A DNA stretch of 63,561 nucleotides from Candidatus Eiseniibacteriota bacterium (GTDB lineage Bacteria > Eisenbacteria > RBG-16-71-46 > SZUA-252): assembly GCA_035494915.1 (NCBI GenBank), contig DATJGP010000173.1, forward strand, positions 1-63,561, written 5' to 3'. Positions 27,779-37,214 of this stretch are shown here, piece by piece. The translations under genes and the position numbers were made by a program. The notes beneath the pieces were generated by a model. It was not told the DNA's origin. It made no database searches and saw nothing but the letters and a program-made list of their open reading frames with translations. How positions within the stretch are numbered: the first letter of the stretch is position 1; each line of letters opens with the position of its first letter.

Positions 27779-28924
27779 GTGCGTCCCTTGTGGGACGTCG
27801 TCTGGCTGAGTGACATTCCGTGGGCCGGCCTCTGGCAACGCCCTCAGCAGCTCGCCACGCGATTCCCCGAGGGCGCGCGCATCCTCTTCGTGGAGCCCTG
27901 GACGCTCGGACATGAAGCCGCGATCCGGCCGGCGCCGGTTGCGGAGCGAATCCAGCGCGTCTCGTTTCCGTTCCTGCCGCTCCACGCTCGCTCGCTTCGC
28001 TTGAGGCGGCTCGCGTACCGGCTGGGCGGCTCGGGCGCCGCGACCGCGTCGCTCGCCGCGTTGCAGCGGGCGTGGATCGGAACGCTGGGAGGCTTCTTCA
28101 GGCCCCACGCGAAACGGCTGACCCTGGTGGAGAACTTCATGGCCTATCCGACGCTTCGCTCGTGGCGTCCCGATCGCATCGTCTACGACATGATCGACGC
28201 GCCGCTCCATTTCGCTCCGGTGCCGCCGCGCCTCGTTCCCGCGTGGGAGACGCTCCTTCGCGAAGCGGATCGCGTCGTGGTCACGTCGGGACCGCTCGAG
28301 TCGCTCGCGCGCCACGGCGGCTCGACGCGCATCGCGCTCGTCGGCAACGGCGTCGAGGCGCGCCGCTTCGCCGAAGCCGAGCCCGCGTCCCTGCCCGGGA
28401 ACGCAGGCAGCCCGGTGCTCGGCTACGTCGGCTCGCTCCACGCATGGTTCGACGTTCCGCTCGTGGGCGCGCTCGCCCGCCGCATGCCCGAGACCCGCGT
28501 CGTCCTCGTCGGCCCCGCGCATCCGGACACGAGGAACGCGATCGAGCGCGAGGCGGCCACGGCCCCCAATCTCCACTGGATCGGGCCCAAGCCGTACCGC
28601 GAGATCCCGTCCATCGTCGCCGCGTTTCGCGTCGGCCTGATCCCGTTCCGCCGGACGCCGCTCACCGAAGCCGTGAATCCGGTGAAGCTCTACGAGTACG
28701 CGGCCGCGGGCGTGCCCTGTGTCACCACGCGCTTCAGTGACGAGGTCGATTCCTGGCGGCGCGCGGCGAGGGTCGCGGACACGGAGGATGGCTTCGTCGA
28801 AGCGGTGCGGGGGGAGCTCCTGCGCGAGCCCGACCGCGCGGCGCTTCGCGCCTTCGCCGAGGAGCACGATTGGGACGCGATCGCTTCGCGCTTCACTCGG
28901 GTCGTGCTGGAGGACGCGGCGTGA
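27779..28924 (+). CDS. GT-B glycosyltransferase (GT1/GT4-like)
   Basis: GYVGSLHAWFDVPLV and NPVKLYEYAAAGVPCVTT C-terminal motifs. Confidence 0.7.
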   Translation: MRPLWDVVWLSDIPWAGLWQRPQQLATRFPEGARILFVEPWTLGHEAAIRPAPVAERIQRVSFPFLPLHARSLRLRRLAYRLGGSGAATASLAALQRAWIGTLGGFFRPHAKRLTLVENFMAYPTLRSWRPDRIVYDMIDAPLHFAPVPPRLVPAWETLLREADRVVVTSGPLESLARHGGSTRIALVGNGVEARRFAEAEPASLPGNAGSPVLGYVGSLHAWFDVPLVGALARRMPETRVVLVGPAHPDTRNAIEREAATAPNLHWIGPKPYREIPSIVAAFRVGLIPFRRTPLTEAVNPVKLYEYAAAGVPCVTTRFSDEVDSWRRAARVADTEDGFVEAVRGELLREPDRAALRAFAEEHDWDAIASRFTRVVLEDAA

Positions 28925-31380
28925 GCACTCCGGGCAAGAAGAAACCGACAGGACGTCCCGCCGCGGGGCGCGGGACTGCGGCCGGACGCGCCGCGCTTCG
29001 TTCCGCCGAGAGCCCCGACCTCAAGGCGCTCTGGGCGTACGCGATCCTCGCGGGGCTCGTGCTCCTCTTCTTCTATCCGATCACCTTCGGCAAGGTCTTC
29101 GTCTCGCCCGACTCGGTCGCACCCGCCGGTTTCTCCAAGATCGCGGCGCAGGCGCTCCAGACGCGGCATTACTTCCCGCTCTGGAACCCGTACACCTTCC
29201 TGGGGATGCCGAGCTTCGGAAGCCTCATGTTCGTCCCGGGCGCCTATCCGCCCGATCCGATCTTCGGCTTCCTGAACACCAAGCTCGGATTCCCCGATCT
29301 CACCTGGCTCCTGGCGCACTATCTCCTGCTCGGATTCTCGATGTACGCGCTCCTGCGCGGTTTCGGGACATCGCGCGGGTCCTCGATCCTCGGCGCGCTC
29401 ACGCTCGCCTTGACGCCCAACCTCGTCGCGGTGGGAGCGTTCGGTCACGGGAGCCAGATCATGACGGCGGCGTACCTGCCGCTTCTCATCCTTCTCTACG
29501 ACCGGTTCGCCCGGCGAGGATCGTGGCTCGCGCTCTCCGGTTTCGCGATCGCGGCCGCGTTCCAGCTCCTGCGCGGTCACGTGCAGATCGTCTTCTACTC
29601 GTGGCTCGCGCTCGGTCTCTACGCGCTCTTCCTCGCGGTCGACGCGTTCCGATCGGGGCGCAAGGGCGAAGGGGTGCGCGCGATCGCCGGGCTGGCGGGG
29701 GGCCTCGCGCTCGCGTTCGGGCTGAGCGCCTTCCTCTACCTGCCGGTGCACGAGTATTCGAAGCTCTCGACGCGCGGCGGCGGCGAGGGAGGCGGCGCCG
29801 GGCTCACGTACGCGACCTCGTGGTCCTTCTCGCCGAACGAGATCCTCACGTTCATCCTGCCCGGCTTCTTCGGCTTCGGCGGCGCGACCTACTGGGGAAC
29901 GATGCCGTTCACCGACTACCCGAACTACATGGGGATCGTGGCACTCGTGCTCGCGATCTACGGGGCGGCGAGCACGCGGGGCCGGACGCGCACGTACCTG
30001 ATCGTGCTCGCGGTGGTCGCGCTCCTCATGTCGTTTGGCAAGCACTTCCAGCCGCTCTACGCGCTCCTCTACTACCATCTCCCGTTCTTCAACAAGTTCC
30101 GGGTGCCGGTGATGATCCTGGTTCTCGTTCAGTTCGCCGTGGCCGCGCTCGCCGCGCTCGGGCTCGACCGGGCGCTCACCCCGGAGCGCTCGCAGGGGAA
30201 GGATCCGGGAAGCCCCTGGATGCGCGGCGCGCTTCTCTCGCTCGCGGGAGGGTTCGTCCTCCTCGTCGCGCTGAACGCGCTCGGGCCCACGTACCGGGAA
30301 GCCGCGATGCGCTCGCGCCAGGGCTTTGACGAAGCGCGCGCCCGGGCGGCCCTCGACATGGCGTCGACCGACGCGCTGAAAGCGGGCCTCTTCCTCGCGG
30401 CCGCTCTCTTCGTGATCGGGCTCGCGCGCCGGGGGAGGCTCACGCGCGCGGCGGCGTCGCTGCTCGTCGTGCTGATCGTGGTCGTGGACCTCTGGCCGGT
30501 CGACCGCAAGATCATCGATCCCCAGGTCGGAACTCCGGTCGAGTACGACGCGAACTTCAAGGCGACGCCGGAGATCACGTTCCTGCGCTCGGACACGACG
30601 CAGTTCCGCGTGTTCCCGCTGCAGTGGAACGACAGCCGCCTCGTCGCGTTCGGCATCGCGTCGGTGCTCGGCTATCACCCCGCGAAGCCGTACCTCTACC
30701 AGGCGTTCGTGGACACGGCGGGCATCCAATCGTTCGGGACGCTCGAGATGCTGAACGTGAAGTACGTTCTCGCGGACGGCTACTTCCCGCCCGAAACGAA
30801 GGACGCGGCGGCGCTTCGTCATGACGGCGAGGTGAAGGTCTACGAGATCCTGCACACGATGCCTCGCGCGTCGGTGATTCACGCGGTGCGGCCGGTGCGG
30901 GACGACGGCGTCGCGCTCGCGACGATGCGCACCGGCGGATTCGACCCGCACCAGGAGATCCTCTGGAGCCTCCCGGCAGCGCCCCCGGCCGTGGGCACTC
31001 CCTCGACGCCCGATTCCGTGCGCACGCTTCGCTACGATTTCAACGACATCGAGTACTTCGTCTCGACGACCGCCCCCGGCATCTTCCTCACGATCGAGCA
31101 GTACGACCCCGACTGGAAGGCGTTCGTCGACGGCAAGGCGGTGCCGATCGAGCGCGTGAATTACTTCATGCGAGGCGTGCCGCTGACGCCCGGGGTGCAC
31201 CGCGTGCGCTACCAGTACGAGCCGAAGGCGCTCGCCGAAGGGATCCGGATCTCGATCGCCTCGGCGATCGTCGCGGTCCTGATCGGGCTCTGGGGCGTGA
31301 AGCAGCTGCTCGACGATCGCCGGCGCCGCGCGTCCACCACGCCGGTTCCGCCCCCCGCCACCGAGGGCGCCGCGGGATGA
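28921..31380 (+). CDS. YfhO-like polytopic membrane protein (GT-C-type glycosyltransferase candidate)
   Basis: About 820 aa. N-terminal block of many TM helices with the FPLWNPYTFLGMP motif, a second TM cluster and a large C-terminal extracytoplasmic domain ending in a TM helix. GTG overlaps the upstream stop (GTGA). Confidence 0.6.
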   Translation: MSTPGKKKPTGRPAAGRGTAAGRAALRSAESPDLKALWAYAILAGLVLLFFYPITFGKVFVSPDSVAPAGFSKIAAQALQTRHYFPLWNPYTFLGMPSFGSLMFVPGAYPPDPIFGFLNTKLGFPDLTWLLAHYLLLGFSMYALLRGFGTSRGSSILGALTLALTPNLVAVGAFGHGSQIMTAAYLPLLILLYDRFARRGSWLALSGFAIAAAFQLLRGHVQIVFYSWLALGLYALFLAVDAFRSGRKGEGVRAIAGLAGGLALAFGLSAFLYLPVHEYSKLSTRGGGEGGGAGLTYATSWSFSPNEILTFILPGFFGFGGATYWGTMPFTDYPNYMGIVALVLAIYGAASTRGRTRTYLIVLAVVALLMSFGKHFQPLYALLYYHLPFFNKFRVPVMILVLVQFAVAALAALGLDRALTPERSQGKDPGSPWMRGALLSLAGGFVLLVALNALGPTYREAAMRSRQGFDEARARAALDMASTDALKAGLFLAAALFVIGLARRGRLTRAAASLLVVLIVVVDLWPVDRKIIDPQVGTPVEYDANFKATPEITFLRSDTTQFRVFPLQWNDSRLVAFGIASVLGYHPAKPYLYQAFVDTAGIQSFGTLEMLNVKYVLADGYFPPETKDAAALRHDGEVKVYEILHTMPRASVIHAVRPVRDDGVALATMRTGGFDPHQEILWSLPAAPPAVGTPSTPDSVRTLRYDFNDIEYFVSTTAPGIFLTIEQYDPDWKAFVDGKAVPIERVNYFMRGVPLTPGVHRVRYQYEPKALAEGIRISIASAIVAVLIGLWGVKQLLDDRRRRASTTPVPPPATEGAAG

Positions 31381-32090
31381 AGGCGCTCATCATCGTCCCG
31401 ACCTACAACGAGCGGGAGAATCTCGAGGAGCTGGTGCGCCGGATCTTCGACAAGCAACTCCCGATCGAGGTCCTTATCGTGGACGACAACTCCCCCGACG
31501 GCACGGGCGCGCTCGCCGACGAGATGGCGTCGCGCGATCCGCGGGTCCATGTGATGCACCGCGCGGGGAAGATGGGGCTCGGGTCCGCCTATGTCGCCGG
31601 CTTCAAGTGGGCCCTCGCGCGGGACTACGAAGCGGTCTTCGAGATGGACGCCGACTTCAGCCACAGCCCGGACAGCCTGGTGGATTTCCTCCGGGAGTTG
31701 GAGCACGCCGACCTGGTGCTGGGCTCCCGCTACCTCCACGGGGTGACCGTGGTGAACTGGCCCCTGTCCCGGCTCATCCTCTCCTATACGGCCAATCTCT
31801 ATAGCCGGGTCATCACCGGGATGCCGGTGAAGGACCTCACCGGGGGGTTCAAGTGTTTCCGTAGGCAGGTGCTCGAGGCCATCGACCTGGACCGGGTCCG
31901 GTCCGACGGATACGCTTTCCAGATCGAGATCAACTTCAAGGCTTGGAGGAAGGGATTCCGGATCCAGGAGATTCCCATCCTGTTCGTCGACCGCCGCGCC
32001 GGCGTGTCGAAGATGTCCCGCCGGATCGTCCGCGAGGCCGCCTGGATGGTCTGGCGACTGCGCCTCCTGGACCTCCTCGGCGCGCTCTAG
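31377..32090 (+). CDS. polyprenol-phosphate mannose/glycose synthase (Dpm1/Ppm1-like GT2)
   Basis: IIVPTYNERENL, VDDNSPDGTG, MDADFSHSP and GGFKCFRR motifs. About 237 aa, soluble. ATGA overlap upstream. Confidence 0.85.
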   Translation: MKALIIVPTYNERENLEELVRRIFDKQLPIEVLIVDDNSPDGTGALADEMASRDPRVHVMHRAGKMGLGSAYVAGFKWALARDYEAVFEMDADFSHSPDSLVDFLRELEHADLVLGSRYLHGVTVVNWPLSRLILSYTANLYSRVITGMPVKDLTGGFKCFRRQVLEAIDLDRVRSDGYAFQIEINFKAWRKGFRIQEIPILFVDRRAGVSKMSRRIVREAAWMVWRLRLLDLLGAL

Positions 32091-32101
32091 CGGGAGGGGT
32101 C

Positions 32102-34045
32102 CTGGGCCTCTCGCTCGTCGTCGTCCACTACAACACCCGCGAGCACCTGGAGCGCCTCTTTCAGTCCCTGCGGGAGGCACGTCCCGCACCGCTGCGGGAG
32201 ATCGTGGTCGTGAACAATTCCGGGGAGCCGCTCGACGATCTCGCGCGCGCGTCCGGGTATCCGACCCGGGTCCTCACGCCGGGCTCCAATCTCGGGTATG
32301 CGCGCGGCGTGAACGAGGGGATCCGGGCCGCGTCCGAGGAGAACGTGCTGCTCCTCAATCCGGACGTCCGCGTGCTGCCGGGCTCGGTGGAGGCGCTCGA
32401 GCGCGCGGCGGCGGAGCATCCCCGCGCGGGGATCCTGGCGCCCAAGCTCCTCGAGTCGGACGGATCGCTCCAGCTCTCGGCGCGGCGGTTCTACACGTGG
32501 CGGACGCTCCTCTACCGCCGCATGCCGCTCCCCGGCGTCGCCGCGCGGAGCCGCGAGGTGCGGGAGCACATGATGGAGGACTGGGACCACTTGGACACCC
32601 GCGCGGTCGACTGGGTGCTGGGGGCCGCGATGTACGTGAGGCGGAGCGCCATGCGCGACGTGGGCCTCATGGACGAGCGGTACTTCCTCTATTTCGAGGA
32701 CGTCGACTGGTGCCAGCGGATGTGGCGCCACGGTTACGAAGTGGTCTACTGTGCGGATGCGCGGATGGTGCACGAGTACGAGCGCGCGAGCGCCCAGATG
32801 CGACCGCGCTCGGTCCGGGCCCACGCGGCCGGACTCCTTCGATTCACGGAAAAGTGGAGCGCGATTCTCTACGCCATGAGCCAGCATCGACGCCGGACGA
32901 TCCAGGTGGTGACGCTCGCGATGGACGCCCTCGCGGCCGTGGTCGCGTGCGCCGCCGCGTACGCGATCCGCAGCGCGCTCGATCCCTGGTTCGACCGCCC
33001 GGTGTTCCCGGCGGAGAGCTACGCGGGACTCCTCTACTTCACGGTGGGCGTCACGATCGCCGCGCTCGCGATGAACGGCCTCTACCGGCGGACCGATTTC
33101 ACGGACCGCATCGAGCGCGCGTTCCTGGTGGGGAAGTCGGTGGTCCAGGCGGTGCTCCTCCTCATGGCCGCGACCTTCCTCTTCCAGATGCCGCGCTACT
33201 CCCGCTTCCTCGTGCTGCTCGTCGGGCCCCTCCTCTTCCTCTTCCTCTACGTCGCGCGCGGAGCGCTCGCGAGCGTGGCGGCCGGCGCGCGGAAGCAAGG
33301 GTTCGCGTTTCGCCGCGTGCTCCTCCTCGGCTCGGGCGCCGAGGCGGAGCAGGCGCGCGCCGCGCTCGAGGGCTCCCGCCGCGAAGGATTCGAGCCGCTC
33401 CACGCGCGCGCCTCGTCGAGCCCGGACGAGCCGCCCGAGGCCGCGGCCGCGCGGATCCGCTCGCTGGTCGAAGGGGAGCGCGTGCAGATCGTCTGCCTCG
33501 TCCCGGAGCCGGACGAGGTGCCGTACCTCCTCGCGATGGGGTCCGCGCTCCGCGACTCGGGCGCCGCGCTCTGGTGGGCCGGCTCCGTCGCGCATCTCGC
33601 GGCCGCGGCGGGGGAGTCGCGCCGTCTCGGGCCGCTCGACGCGGTTCTGCTCCACGCCCCGAGCCGCGGGCTCTCGCTCCGCGCAAGGAAGCGCGCGAGC
33701 GATCTCTTGCTCTCGTTTCTCATCGCCCCCTGGCGCTGGGGCCGCATCCGCTCCTATCTCGCGGAGCGCGGGGACGGCCTCGCTGCGGGCGAGGCATGGC
33801 GCCAGGTGGTGACCGGCGCCCGGAGCTGGGTGGGACGGAGCCCGTACGAAGCGGATCGCTGGACCGGTGTGCCGCCCTGGGCGCGGCTCGCGCTCGAATC
33901 GCTCCGCCCCGGGGTGGTGTCGCCCGCCAACGGCGCGGGCTCGGACCGGCGCGCGCGTCTCGAGTCGGAGCTCGCCTACCTCACGCGCTTCTCGATCGCG
34001 GAAGATTTGCGCGTGTTCCTCCGCGCCACGGAGCGAAAGCGGTGA
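32102..34045 (+). CDS. fusion protein: N-terminal GT2 domain + WbaP-like TM/Rossmann module with degenerate phosphoglycosyltransferase C-terminus
   Basis: GT2 motifs (LSLVVVHYN, VVNNSGE, YFEDVDWCQRMWRHGY). From about 32876 there are four TM helices plus a Rossmann-like linker. The C-terminus (KRASDLLLSFLIAP…ARSWVGRSP…AYLTRFSIAEDLRVFLRT) resembles a bacterial sugar transferase but lacks the central catalytic block. No ATG/GTG/TTG lies near the domain start; a CTG at 32102 has GGGAGGGG just upstream. The only in-frame ATG (31943) would overlap the previous gene by 148 nt. Confidence 0.65.
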   Translation: MGLSLVVVHYNTREHLERLFQSLREARPAPLREIVVVNNSGEPLDDLARASGYPTRVLTPGSNLGYARGVNEGIRAASEENVLLLNPDVRVLPGSVEALERAAAEHPRAGILAPKLLESDGSLQLSARRFYTWRTLLYRRMPLPGVAARSREVREHMMEDWDHLDTRAVDWVLGAAMYVRRSAMRDVGLMDERYFLYFEDVDWCQRMWRHGYEVVYCADARMVHEYERASAQMRPRSVRAHAAGLLRFTEKWSAILYAMSQHRRRTIQVVTLAMDALAAVVACAAAYAIRSALDPWFDRPVFPAESYAGLLYFTVGVTIAALAMNGLYRRTDFTDRIERAFLVGKSVVQAVLLLMAATFLFQMPRYSRFLVLLVGPLLFLFLYVARGALASVAAGARKQGFAFRRVLLLGSGAEAEQARAALEGSRREGFEPLHARASSSPDEPPEAAAARIRSLVEGERVQIVCLVPEPDEVPYLLAMGSALRDSGAALWWAGSVAHLAAAAGESRRLGPLDAVLLHAPSRGLSLRARKRASDLLLSFLIAPWRWGRIRSYLAERGDGLAAGEAWRQVVTGARSWVGRSPYEADRWTGVPPWARLALESLRPGVVSPANGAGSDRRARLESELAYLTRFSIAEDLRVFLRATERKR

Positions 34046-36243
34046 TCTCGTCCGCGCGCCGAGCATCGGTGCTCCTCGTTGGATGGCTTCTCGCCTCCCC
34101 CGCCGTCGGGCGTGCCGCGACGAGCGTGTTCATCACCAACCACATCCACTCCGACCAGGTCAGCGCGCTGACCGTGTGGCAGGGAAAGGTGGTGGCGGCG
34201 ACGCTCGGAGGGCTCGTCATGGTGGACCCCGCGACGCGCGAGCGCACGAAGCTCCTCGCGTCGCCCGGAGGATTGCCGTCGAACAGCGTGCTCGCCGTCG
34301 CGGTCGGGCCGAGCGGGATCCTCTGGGCGGGAACGGCCGACAAGGGTCTGGCACGGCTCGTCCCGGGCGGAGGATTCAAGCGCACCCTGACCAGCTTCGA
34401 CGGGCTTCCCAGCGATCGCGTGCAGTCGCTCTACGTGCACGGCGACAGCATCTGGGTGGGGACGAGCGGGGGCGTGGCGCTCTTCACCGAGAGCGCGTCG
34501 GGCCAGACGACGCTCCGGCGGAGCGACTCGCAGGCGAGCACCGGGGGCGGCCTCGTGTCGGACGACATCCTCGCCTTTCAGCAGGTGGCGGACACGCTCT
34601 GGGTGGGGACGTCCGGGGGACTCTCGACGTTCACGAGCGGTGTGTGGCAGAACCGCGCGTCGACGCTCGCGGTTGCGGTGCGCAGCCTCGCGCTATTCGC
34701 CGATACCCTTTGGGCTGCAACACCGTCCGGGCCGAGACGCTATGCAGGGGGAACCTTTACGCTCGTAGGTGCGGGACACCCAGGATCCAGCTTCGCGCTC
34801 TTCTCCGATGGGACGAGATTGATCTCGGGTACCGCGTCGGGTGCATTCGTGTACACAGGTCTTGATTGGACTCTCTTCCGTCCGGGCCCGTCGGGTTTCC
34901 GGCCGACGTCGTTCGTGACCGCACCGGACGGGAGCCTCTGGGCTGGTACCGACCGTGGTGTTGCACGCTTGGACGCTGCATGGATCATCTATCCGACTGA
35001 CGGCCCCGCGGTGAACGGCGTGGAGCGCGCGCTCGTGGACTCGCGCGGCGCTTGGTTCGCGACCGGCAACAACGTGCCCCCCGGCGGCAGTCTCGGAAAC
35101 GTTCTCCATTACGACGGCACGAGCTGGTCGCTTCTCGCCCCGTCGACCACGGGCAACGCGCTCCAGTCCACGAGCGTGTTCGGACTCGCGGAAGACCCAG
35201 AGGGGGCGATCTGGATGGGGCACTGCTGCAGCGCCTCCGACCCGCTGCCGCGGACGGACCGCTATCAGCCCGACACCGACGCATGGACCGCGCTCGGCAC
35301 GACCAACATCTTCGTCCTCACGCGCGGCCCGGATGGGCTCATGTACGCGGGGAGCGCGGAGCTGGCGAACGGCATCTACGTCTACGATCCCACCGTGCCC
35401 GCGGTCGTCGACTCGCTGACCCCGCTCAACACTCAAGGCTCGGCCGTCGGAGCCGGGCTCGCGAGCAACAATCTGCGCGGGATCTCGTTCGACACGTCGG
35501 GGCGCGGGTGGATCGCGCACGCGGCGGCCGGCCTCGACATCTGGGACGGGCGCGGCACGCTCACGGATCATTCGGACGATGTCTGGAAGCATCTCGCCAC
35601 GGGATTTCCCTCCCTGCAGACGACCGCGGTCGAGACCGACGGCGCGTCCTCCGGCTGGGTGGGAACCGTGGCTGGGGTGGTCCGGATCGTGAACGACGTC
35701 ATCGTTCCGGGGACAACCGTGGCCATCAACGCTGCGCTTCCGTCTCCGGCGGTTCACGATCTCGAGCTCGACTCCGAGGGAAATCTCTGGGTTGCGACGA
35801 CGGCGGGGCTCGCCCGCGTGGCCGAGGGCTCGACCTTCGTGGAGCACTGGGGAACCGCGGAAGGGCTCGCTGGAGACGACGTGCGGGCGCTCGCGTGGGA
35901 CGCGGCCCACCGCACGCTCTGGGTGGGCACGACGTCCGGCATCTCGGAGGTGGTGGTGCCCCAGGCGGGCGCGACGACGTTCACGTCGAAGAGCTACGTC
36001 TATCCCAGCCCCATCGGCCCGCAAACCACGGCGCTCCGGATCGGCGGGATCACGGGGGAAGTGACGGGGGAGATACGGGACGTGACCGGGGCCATCATCC
36101 AGCGGTTCCGCTGCGATCCCGCGCACGACGTGGTCTGGAATCTCCTCCTCGCCGACGGCGCGCGAGCCCGGTCGGGCGTCTTCGTGGTGGTGCTTCGAGA
36201 TCGCGACGAGCATCGGATGCTGCGCGTGGCGGTGGTGCGATGA
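34042..36243 (+). CDS. secreted beta-propeller protein (two-component-regulator-propeller type repeats) with divergent FlgD-Ig/T9SS-like C-terminal domain
   Basis: Signal peptide (ASVLLVGWLLASPAVGRAAT). Repeated LW(V/A)GT..G(L/V) blades (ILWAGTADKGLARL, IWVGTSGGVALF, LWVGTSGGLSTF, LWAGTDRGVARL, LWVATTAGLARV, LWVGTTSGISEV). C-terminus YVYPSP…SGVFVVVL…VAVVR. GTGA overlap upstream. Confidence 0.75.
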   Translation: MISSARRASVLLVGWLLASPAVGRAATSVFITNHIHSDQVSALTVWQGKVVAATLGGLVMVDPATRERTKLLASPGGLPSNSVLAVAVGPSGILWAGTADKGLARLVPGGGFKRTLTSFDGLPSDRVQSLYVHGDSIWVGTSGGVALFTESASGQTTLRRSDSQASTGGGLVSDDILAFQQVADTLWVGTSGGLSTFTSGVWQNRASTLAVAVRSLALFADTLWAATPSGPRRYAGGTFTLVGAGHPGSSFALFSDGTRLISGTASGAFVYTGLDWTLFRPGPSGFRPTSFVTAPDGSLWAGTDRGVARLDAAWIIYPTDGPAVNGVERALVDSRGAWFATGNNVPPGGSLGNVLHYDGTSWSLLAPSTTGNALQSTSVFGLAEDPEGAIWMGHCCSASDPLPRTDRYQPDTDAWTALGTTNIFVLTRGPDGLMYAGSAELANGIYVYDPTVPAVVDSLTPLNTQGSAVGAGLASNNLRGISFDTSGRGWIAHAAAGLDIWDGRGTLTDHSDDVWKHLATGFPSLQTTAVETDGASSGWVGTVAGVVRIVNDVIVPGTTVAINAALPSPAVHDLELDSEGNLWVATTAGLARVAEGSTFVEHWGTAEGLAGDDVRALAWDAAHRTLWVGTTSGISEVVVPQAGATTFTSKSYVYPSPIGPQTTALRIGGITGEVTGEIRDVTGAIIQRFRCDPAHDVVWNLLLADGARARSGVFVVVLRDRDEHRMLRVAVVR

Positions 36244-37214
36244 AGGCGGACGCGCTTCCGGCGGAGATCATGACGCCCGATCCCGCGGCCTGGGACGATC
36301 TCGTTCTCGCGTCGTCGGGCGGCAGTGTGTTCCACACCGCGGCGTGGGCTCGGCTCTGGACCGGCCTCGCGTCCTCGACGAGGTGGGAGGCGGCAGTCCT
36401 CGAGGAGGGAGGCCGGTACGTGGCCGCGCTCGGCTGGATCGTCCGCCGCCACGGGTGGTTCGAATCGCTCGACGCGATGCCGTACGCCACGTACGGGGGT
36501 CCGATCGTGCGCGAAGGGCACCCGGATCCCGGCCAGGCACGCCACGCGCTCCTCGAGACCTTCCTCGCGCGCGCGTCGCGCCGGCGCGTGCTGCGCGCGC
36601 AGCTCACGTGGTACGGCGGCCGGCCCGAGGATTTCCCCGACGGCTCGTCCCCCGAGGAAGCGAGCACGCACGTGCTCGGGCTGGAGAGCGATTACGAGCG
36701 GGTCGCCGATCGCTTCTCTCCGTCCACGCGGAGGCTCGTGCGCCAGTCCGACGAGAGCGGCCTCTCGATCCGAGCGGCCGAGTCCGCGGAGGACGTCGCG
36801 ACATTCATCGCGATCGCCGAGGAGACGGTGGTCCGGCGCGGTGGAAAACCGAAGCCGCGAGCCCTCTACGAGCGGATCCAGGGCGACCTGGTTCCGGCCG
36901 GCCTCGCGCGCTACCACCTGGTCGAGCACGAGGGCAAGGCGGTCGCGGGGAGCCTCCATCTGTTCCACCAAGGCGTGGCGACGAGCTGGCTCCCGGTGTC
37001 GCTGGAGTCGTCGTGGCCGCTGCGGCCGAACAACTTTCTCGTGGCGAGTCTCCTCGAGACGCTCTGCCAGGCGGGATACGCGGAGTACAACTTCGGCGCT
37101 TCGCCGTCCGACGCGGCGGGCCTGATCCGCTTCAAGGAGGGATGGGGCGCGCGGCCGCGTCCCGTCTGGACGTTGACGCGGCGGAGCGCCCTCCACCGCC
37201 GGCTCCGTCCGTAG
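36240..37214 (+). CDS. FemAB-like / GNAT-fold acyl(aminoacyl)transferase
   Basis: LHLFHQGVATSWLPVS and YNFGASP…GLIRFKEGWGARP motifs typical of the FemAB-like acetyltransferase family. ATGA overlap upstream. Confidence 0.6.
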   Translation: MKADALPAEIMTPDPAAWDDLVLASSGGSVFHTAAWARLWTGLASSTRWEAAVLEEGGRYVAALGWIVRRHGWFESLDAMPYATYGGPIVREGHPDPGQARHALLETFLARASRRRVLRAQLTWYGGRPEDFPDGSSPEEASTHVLGLESDYERVADRFSPSTRRLVRQSDESGLSIRAAESAEDVATFIAIAEETVVRRGGKPKPRALYERIQGDLVPAGLARYHLVEHEGKAVAGSLHLFHQGVATSWLPVSLESSWPLRPNNFLVASLLETLCQAGYAEYNFGASPSDAAGLIRFKEGWGARPRPVWTLTRRSALHRRLRP

